A stretch of DNA of 64,000 bases from an uncultured candidate division Zixibacteria bacterium. GTDB taxonomy: Bacteria > Zixibacteria > MSB-5A5 > GN15 > FEB-12. The stretch covers positions 3,008,001 through 3,072,000 of the forward strand of contig OY760907.1 of the NCBI GenBank assembly GCA_963664195.1, written 5' to 3'. The notes under the pieces were generated by a model. The model was not told the origin of the DNA, searched no databases, and was given only the letters and a program-made list of their open reading frames with translations. Positions 59,175 through 64,000 of this stretch are shown piece by piece; positions within the stretch are counted from its first letter, which is position 1, and each line of letters starts with the position of its first letter. Position numbers and translations under genes: made by a program.

Positions 59175-60094
59175 TGCCGCTTCGGGTCCGACAGACAAGA
59201 AAGAGCGATCGAGTGAGTCCTCAGAAAAAAGGCTTCGGAATCATCCTTGCCGCTATCATCGGGCAGCAGGTTTTTGGTGCGCTCACTTTTCCCATTGCAA
59301 AGTTCGGGCTTGAGACAATCGAGCCGTACACCTTTGCATTCTATCGATTTCTTATTTCCTCAACGGTCCTGCTATCAATCGTGCTCCTCAAGGGCGGCGG
59401 CAAGCCGATTGCACGAGGCGACATATTGAAAATCGCCGGTCTCGGCGTGATGATTATTCTCGGTAATCAGACCACATTCCTGCTCGGCCAGTCGATGACT
59501 GCCGCAGGTCACTCGGCGCTCTTGTTTGCTACCACGCCGGTGTGGATTTACATATTGGCACGGATCCACTTGAAAGAGAAGCTCACCTGGCGACGGACGG
59601 TTGGCATCGTGATTGCGGTCGGGGGCGTGATTGTGATCATGTCCGAGGGTGCGGTAGGATTTGGCCCCGAGTATTTGATCGGGGATCTGATTGTGTTCGA
59701 GGCGGTGATAGCGTGGGCATACTACTCGATTCTCGGCAAGTCGCTCGTTCAGAAGTACGGCGCTTTGCGCGTCACCGCCTACGCTCTGGCGGCCGGTTCG
59801 CTGGTGTATTCACCTTTTGGTATCTATCGCGCGGTCGTGTTTGATTACGCGGCGGTGCCGCTGGAGGCTTGGTGGTCGGTGGCATACGTGGCGATAGGGA
59901 CCTCGGTCTTTTCGTACGTGCTCTGGTACTGGGTGTTGAAATACATGGAGGCCTCGCGGGTGGCGGTGTACCACAACCTGCAGCCGGTGGTAGCTTCGGG
60001 GGTGGCGTATTTCTTTCTGGGCGAGCCGCTCGGAGTCGCGTTTGTGATTGGGGGATTGATCGTCCTCGGAGGTGTGATTGTAACGGAGACATAG
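59174..60094 (+). CDS. DMT/EamA family transporter (tandem paralogue)
   Basis: Collinear with the upstream gene (KYGALRVTAY, YVLWYW, AVYHN.QPV); start may be GTG 59213. Confidence 0.9.
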   Translation: MPLRVRQTRKSDRVSPQKKGFGIILAAIIGQQVFGALTFPIAKFGLETIEPYTFAFYRFLISSTVLLSIVLLKGGGKPIARGDILKIAGLGVMIILGNQTTFLLGQSMTAAGHSALLFATTPVWIYILARIHLKEKLTWRRTVGIVIAVGGVIVIMSEGAVGFGPEYLIGDLIVFEAVIAWAYYSILGKSLVQKYGALRVTAYALAAGSLVYSPFGIYRAVVFDYAAVPLEAWWSVAYVAIGTSVFSYVLWYWVLKYMEASRVAVYHNLQPVVASGVAYFFLGEPLGVAFVIGGLIVLGGVIVTET

Positions 60095-60296
60095 CGGGGG
60101 AGTTGGATCGTATCTTGTCGGGCACGGTCTGTCTTCAGACCTGCCACTGTCCGATCAAGTCATCTCTGACAAACTAGTCTGTGAGCTTGTCGAAGACTGC
60201 ATCACTTGATTGGCCTCTTCTCTTCAAAACTGCTCTGTTTTGTGATGGACATCACGGTTCAGTTTTGTACTTGAGAATGCGATAGGAGGGTTGACC

Positions 60297-60521
60297 ATGC
60301 GTGTTTTGCTGATTGTCTGTTTACTATTGATCGGTCTTGCGACTGTGCCTCAGGGTGTTTCAAGTAGCAATACGGAAAACCAGATCATAGAAATCGCCAC
60401 ATTCAGGGGGCACAGTAGGGAGGTCTTATATGTCGTCTGTGTCCGGTCTCTGAAGACGCATCTCGACCAGAGAGCTAGGGATGAAATCATAGTTTTCGGT
60501 GCCCCGCCCAGAGCGAAATGA
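60297..60521 (+). pseudogene. Short signal-peptide ORF, possibly a truncated WD40 gene that ends inside a REP element
   Basis: AGGAGG SD; signal peptide; IATFRGHSREV; last codons and stop lie inside repeat 60492-60540. Confidence 0.4.
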
Positions 60522-60579
60522 AATGAAGCGTCGGGTGGGAGCAAGCCACCCTCAAGGAAGCCTTGAGGGTGGCACCCAG
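60492..60579. repeat. REP doublet: family A copy 2 plus an inverted GGGT-led 13-bp perfect hairpin
   Basis: Match to 232-280; GCCACCCTCAAGG-aag-CCTTGAGGGTGGC-ACCC with no T tract. Confidence 0.78.
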
Positions 60580-60601
60580 AGTCGAATTTCAAACTTAGCG
60601 A

Positions 60602-61105
60602 TCAACGGCCTTCCCAGCTCTGGAAATCTCCGTACTGCTTCGAGTCAACAAACGTCTGCGGGTCGGCCATGAAGGTCAGCATGTTGTCGATCAGGTAGAC
60701 GTGATTGCGCTCTTCATCGGCGATTCGATTCAGCAACGTCTTGCGGTCAGCATCCGGCTCTTTCTCAGCCTCTTCCGTGTACAGCTTCACCGCGCGCTCT
60801 TCAAGTTCCAACGCCTCGACCCAGGTGGCACGGACGTCGTCGCCAAACGAAGCCGCTTTGTTTTCTTCGATAAGTTGCACGAAAACGTTTTTGGTCGTTT
60901 TCAGGGAGCCGCCCTTCAGCTCCTGGATGGCTGTAGTGATCTCGCCGTCGGCCAGTTTCTTGAAGAAGGCACAGTGGCGTTTTTCCTCGTCGGCCAGATA
61001 CTGGAAAATCTCTTTGATCTCAGTCGTCGCGGCTGCCGCGGCTGCCTTTTCGTAGAACGCCTGACCGTCCTTCTCCATCTGAATGGCGAATGTGATAATG
61101 TCCAT
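60602..61105 (-). CDS. Ferritin-like / rubrerythrin diiron domain protein
   Basis: AIQMEKDG..FY, EEKRH, ALELE, EERNH. Confidence 0.88.
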   Translation of the reverse strand: MDIITFAIQMEKDGQAFYEKAAAAAATTEIKEIFQYLADEEKRHCAFFKKLADGEITTAIQELKGGSLKTTKNVFVQLIEENKAASFGDDVRATWVEALELEERAVKLYTEEAEKEPDADRKTLLNRIADEERNHVYLIDNMLTFMADPQTFVDSKQYGDFQSWEGR

Positions 61106-61194
61106 GATATCCTTCTATGGTTTTGAAGGATACCGGGCGCAGTCGCACCCAAGTATCCGTGTTTTATTCAGAGCAATGTCTCGACCGAGGTCGC

Positions 61195-62334
61195 TCAGTC
61201 CATGCCCTCGCCTCTGAGGTTCTCTTTCGAGAAGGCTGCTTCGAGTTTCGGGTCAGTGAAGACGCCGTCCTTGCGGATCAGCTTGTCATCGAAGTAGATC
61301 TCGCCGCCGCCGTAGTCCTCGCGCTGGATGAGCACCAGGTCCCAATGGATGGCAGACTGGTTGCCGTTCGGGGCTTCATCGTAGCACTGGCCCGGAGTGA
61401 AATGGAACGAGCCGGCGATCTTCTCGTCGAACAGCGTGTCTTTCATCGGGTGCAGGATAAACGGGTTGACGCCAATGGCGAATTCGCCAACATAACGGGC
61501 GCCTTCGTCCGTATTGAACACCTTGTTCAGCTTGTCGTCGTCACCGGAGCAGGTGGCTTTCACTATCTTGCCGTTTTCAAACGTGAGGGAGATGTCGTTG
61601 TAGACAATGCCCTGGTGCAGCGAAGGTGTGTTGTACGTGATCGTGCCGCTGATCGAGTCGCGGACTGGCGCGGTGTAGACTTCGCCGTCTGGAATGTTGC
61701 GGTGCCCGTCGCACTTGACGCACGGAATGCCTTTGAGAGAGAATTTGAGGTCTGTCCCCGGCGACTTGATATGCACGTTGTTGGTGGCATCCATCAGGGC
61801 GAACAGGTCATCCTGAGCCTTGGACATCTTGGCGTAGTCGGCGCAGCAGACATCAAAATAGAAGTCTTCGAACTTCTCCTGAGAGGTTTCAGCAAGCTGA
61901 GCCATGGCGTTGTTGGGATAGCGAAGCACAACCCAGCGGGTTCGCTTGACGCGCTCCTCAAGGTGCACCGGTTTGTAGAACAGGCTGTTATGCTTGTCGA
62001 TCTGGCTGTGCGGGATGTCGGCGAGATCGAACGGATTGTCGGAGCCTCGGAGACCGATGTAAGCATCGGCACGCGTCATCAGTTCCATGTGCAGGTCGGC
62101 CTGACGCTTGAACTGGTCGTCACCGGCAGAGGCAACGAACTGACGGATGAGGGATTCATCGTTGTAGTACCAGAACGGAGTTGCGCCGCGCTCGGTGGCA
62201 ATACGGATGATCTGTTTGCCGAGTTCGAGAGTTTCTTTGCCTTTGATTTCGACATAAATGACCTCGCCCTTCTTCAACTCGACCGAGTAGTCAATCAGTT
62301 GGCGGGCAAGAACTTCGTTGCGTTTATCTTTCAT
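61195..62334 (-). CDS. M29 family aminopeptidase (AmpS/PepS-like)
   Basis: NIPDGEVYTAP, GEFAIG, LFDEKIAGSFH, SAIHWDLV. Confidence 0.92.
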   Translation of the reverse strand: MKDKRNEVLARQLIDYSVELKKGEVIYVEIKGKETLELGKQIIRIATERGATPFWYYNDESLIRQFVASAGDDQFKRQADLHMELMTRADAYIGLRGSDNPFDLADIPHSQIDKHNSLFYKPVHLEERVKRTRWVVLRYPNNAMAQLAETSQEKFEDFYFDVCCADYAKMSKAQDDLFALMDATNNVHIKSPGTDLKFSLKGIPCVKCDGHRNIPDGEVYTAPVRDSISGTITYNTPSLHQGIVYNDISLTFENGKIVKATCSGDDDKLNKVFNTDEGARYVGEFAIGVNPFILHPMKDTLFDEKIAGSFHFTPGQCYDEAPNGNQSAIHWDLVLIQREDYGGGEIYFDDKLIRKDGVFTDPKLEAAFSKENLRGEGMD

Positions 62335-62487
62335 GGTGTCTCCTGCGTGCTAATTGTTGTCTTTTTCTCTGGCAGAACATAGCAAAAAAGGGGGACCGAA
62401 GCAACAATCGGGCGACAACTCGTGTCGGGCCGGGGATACAGGAGAGATTTAGTCGAACCTTTCCCATAGGGGCGTGTTCTAGAAAAC

Positions 62488-63243
62488 GTGATAAGCGATA
62501 ACGTCCAAATAGGCACGGCGGGATTCGGCTACAAAGATTGGCTGGGGAATTTCTATCCGCAGTTTTGCCCTCCGGCGGATTTTCTCCGGTACTACGCTTC
62601 AAAATTCTCTACGGTGGAGCTTGACGTGACTTTCTACCGGATACCTTCGGAAACAATGATCAAGAAATGGGCATCTTCGACTCCCGAGGATTTTACTTTT
62701 GCAGTGAAGTTTCCGCGCACGGTGACGCACGAGGGGGACATTTCCAGCCGACTTGAACAAGCTGAGCAATTCGTTTCTGTGATAAGCAAGCTGGGGAGTA
62801 GGCTGGGGCCGTTGTTGCTTCAGTTTCCGTGCAGTTTCAAGCCGGAGTCTTGCAGCACGCTGAAGGCGATTGTAGATTCGGTTCCTAAAGATATTCAACT
62901 GGCGGTGGAGTTGCGCAACAGAAGCTGGTTGTCAGAGGATTTGTATAAGTGGCTGGGCAATAGGGGGATAGCCCTTTGTCTGGTCGACCATATCCAGATG
63001 CCGAGGCTGTCAGTTAAGACGGCAGATTTTCAGTATATCAGGATGATCGGGGATCACCGGAGACTCACCGAAGATTTCAGTTTTGTTCGGCTGGACCGCG
63101 AGGATGATCTGCAATGGTGGCGCGACCTCGTGGTGCGGTTTGCTGGCGAAAGAGGCCGGATCTATGGCTATTTCAACAATCATTACTCCGGTCATGCGCC
63201 TACCACTGCCTGTCGATTCCTTGATCTGCTCCAGGCTGGCTGA
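62488..63243 (+). CDS. DUF72 (YecE-like) protein
   Basis: IGTAGF.Y..W.G.FYP, VELD.TFY, F.VK....TH, LLQFP, VELR, YFNNHY.G.A. Confidence 0.9.
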   Translation: MISDNVQIGTAGFGYKDWLGNFYPQFCPPADFLRYYASKFSTVELDVTFYRIPSETMIKKWASSTPEDFTFAVKFPRTVTHEGDISSRLEQAEQFVSVISKLGSRLGPLLLQFPCSFKPESCSTLKAIVDSVPKDIQLAVELRNRSWLSEDLYKWLGNRGIALCLVDHIQMPRLSVKTADFQYIRMIGDHRRLTEDFSFVRLDREDDLQWWRDLVVRFAGERGRIYGYFNNHYSGHAPTTACRFLDLLQAG

Positions 63244-63268
63244 ATCCCTTCGGTCTCAAGCTGTCCTC

Positions 63269-63295
63269 TAAAGTCTTTCCAGCGCCGTCCGATAG
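63269..63295 (+). promoter_or_regulatory. Sigma28-like promoter of cheW
   Basis: TAAA-N15-TCCGATAG; a sigma70-like TTGACA-N17-GATAAT also lies at 63394-63422. Confidence 0.65.
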
Positions 63296-63438
63296 TAACG
63301 GTAATAGCCGCTAACCCGGGAGAGAACCGTGTTGGTGGAAAAAGGACAGGGCTGAGGAGCAGAAGGCGGCACGAATAGACACCTTTCAAACCTTTGACAC
63401 GATAGTAGGACAAACTGATAATATAAGGGGTAGGTTGA

Positions 63439-63933
63439 ATGGAAGCTGAGGTTATGACAAAACAAGAACAGATCGGTGACGCAAATTCCGACGAGCTACA
63501 GCTGGTCTCGTTCAACATTGGCACCGAAGAGTTCGGTGTTGATATCCTGAAAGTGCAAGAGATCAACCGCATGGTGGAGATCACCAAGGTGCCGCAGGCC
63601 CCGCATTACGTCGAGGGCGTTATTAACCTGCGCGGCAAGGTGATTCCAATAGTCGATCTCAGGAAGCGCTTCGATCTGGAACTCAAAGAGTACGACAAGA
63701 ACACGCGCATTGTTGTGGTCGACATCGGTGGCAACATCATGGGCATGATCGTTGACGCGGTCTCCGAGGTCCTTCGTCTCTCCACCAGCACGATCGAGCC
63801 GCCGCCGGAAATTGTTACCGGTATCAATTCCGAGTATATAAAGGGTGTGGCCAAGCTGGACGACCGTCTGCTTATCTTCCTTGATCTCTCGAAAGTAATC
63901 GACGTTGAGGAAATGGCGGGATTTGGCGCCTGA
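63439..63933 (+). CDS. cheW: Chemotaxis coupling protein CheW
   Basis: QLVSF...EEFGVDILKVQEI, VEGVINLRGKVIPIVDLR, G.IVDAVSEV. Confidence 0.95.
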   Translation: MEAEVMTKQEQIGDANSDELQLVSFNIGTEEFGVDILKVQEINRMVEITKVPQAPHYVEGVINLRGKVIPIVDLRKRFDLELKEYDKNTRIVVVDIGGNIMGMIVDAVSEVLRLSTSTIEPPPEIVTGINSEYIKGVAKLDDRLLIFLDLSKVIDVEEMAGFGA

Positions 63934-63960
63934 TAGGCGGCCAGAAAAATCGAAGGTTAT

Positions 63961-63991
63961 AAGGCCGGTCTTGTTTGACCGGCCTTTTTTT
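63961..63991 (+). terminator. Rho-independent terminator
   Basis: AAGGCCGGTC-ttgttt-GACCGGCCTT followed by a T run. Confidence 0.88.
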
Positions 63992-64000
63992 GTTTCGGTC

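Overview
A 64 kb stretch of bacterial chromosome, mostly core genes. It probably comes from an anaerobic, peptide-fermenting diderm; the duplicated Cys-flanked dockerin-like C-termini suggest candidate phylum Zixibacteria (inference). In order, it holds: a flippase; a Ton/Exb cluster (TonB-C lipoprotein, TPR protein, membrane protein, exbB, exbD x2, tonB x2); a Zn-ribbon gene plus a Hel308/Ski2-like helicase; a Lon protease with a degenerate ATPase module; two secreted dockerin-bearing proteins; miaB; a His-less pseudo-kinase/receiver plus an HDOD protein; aroC, pepA, PFOR (nifJ), dcd, Rrf2, cobO, trxB and a Na+-type hppA; a Yip1-TolC-MacAB-like exporter with two GWxTD proteins; two DUF1573 genes; an ABC transporter; peptidases; two DMTs; two ferritin-like proteins; DUF72; and cheW. 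I saw no rRNA, tRNA, CRISPR array or transposase. The strongest hidden signal is at 52028-52783, where two apparent ORFs form one DUF1573 gene with an in-frame UGA at the CxC motif (PG-U-GC) followed by a SECIS-like hairpin, i.e. a candidate exported selenoprotein. Other signals: an SOS-box-like operator and an internal restart in the helicase locus, an ATPase-dead-looking Lon, a possible split phosphorelay, candidate Rex, sigma28 and ECF regulons, and two dispersed REP-like repeat families. All motif calls were made by eye; no searches were run.
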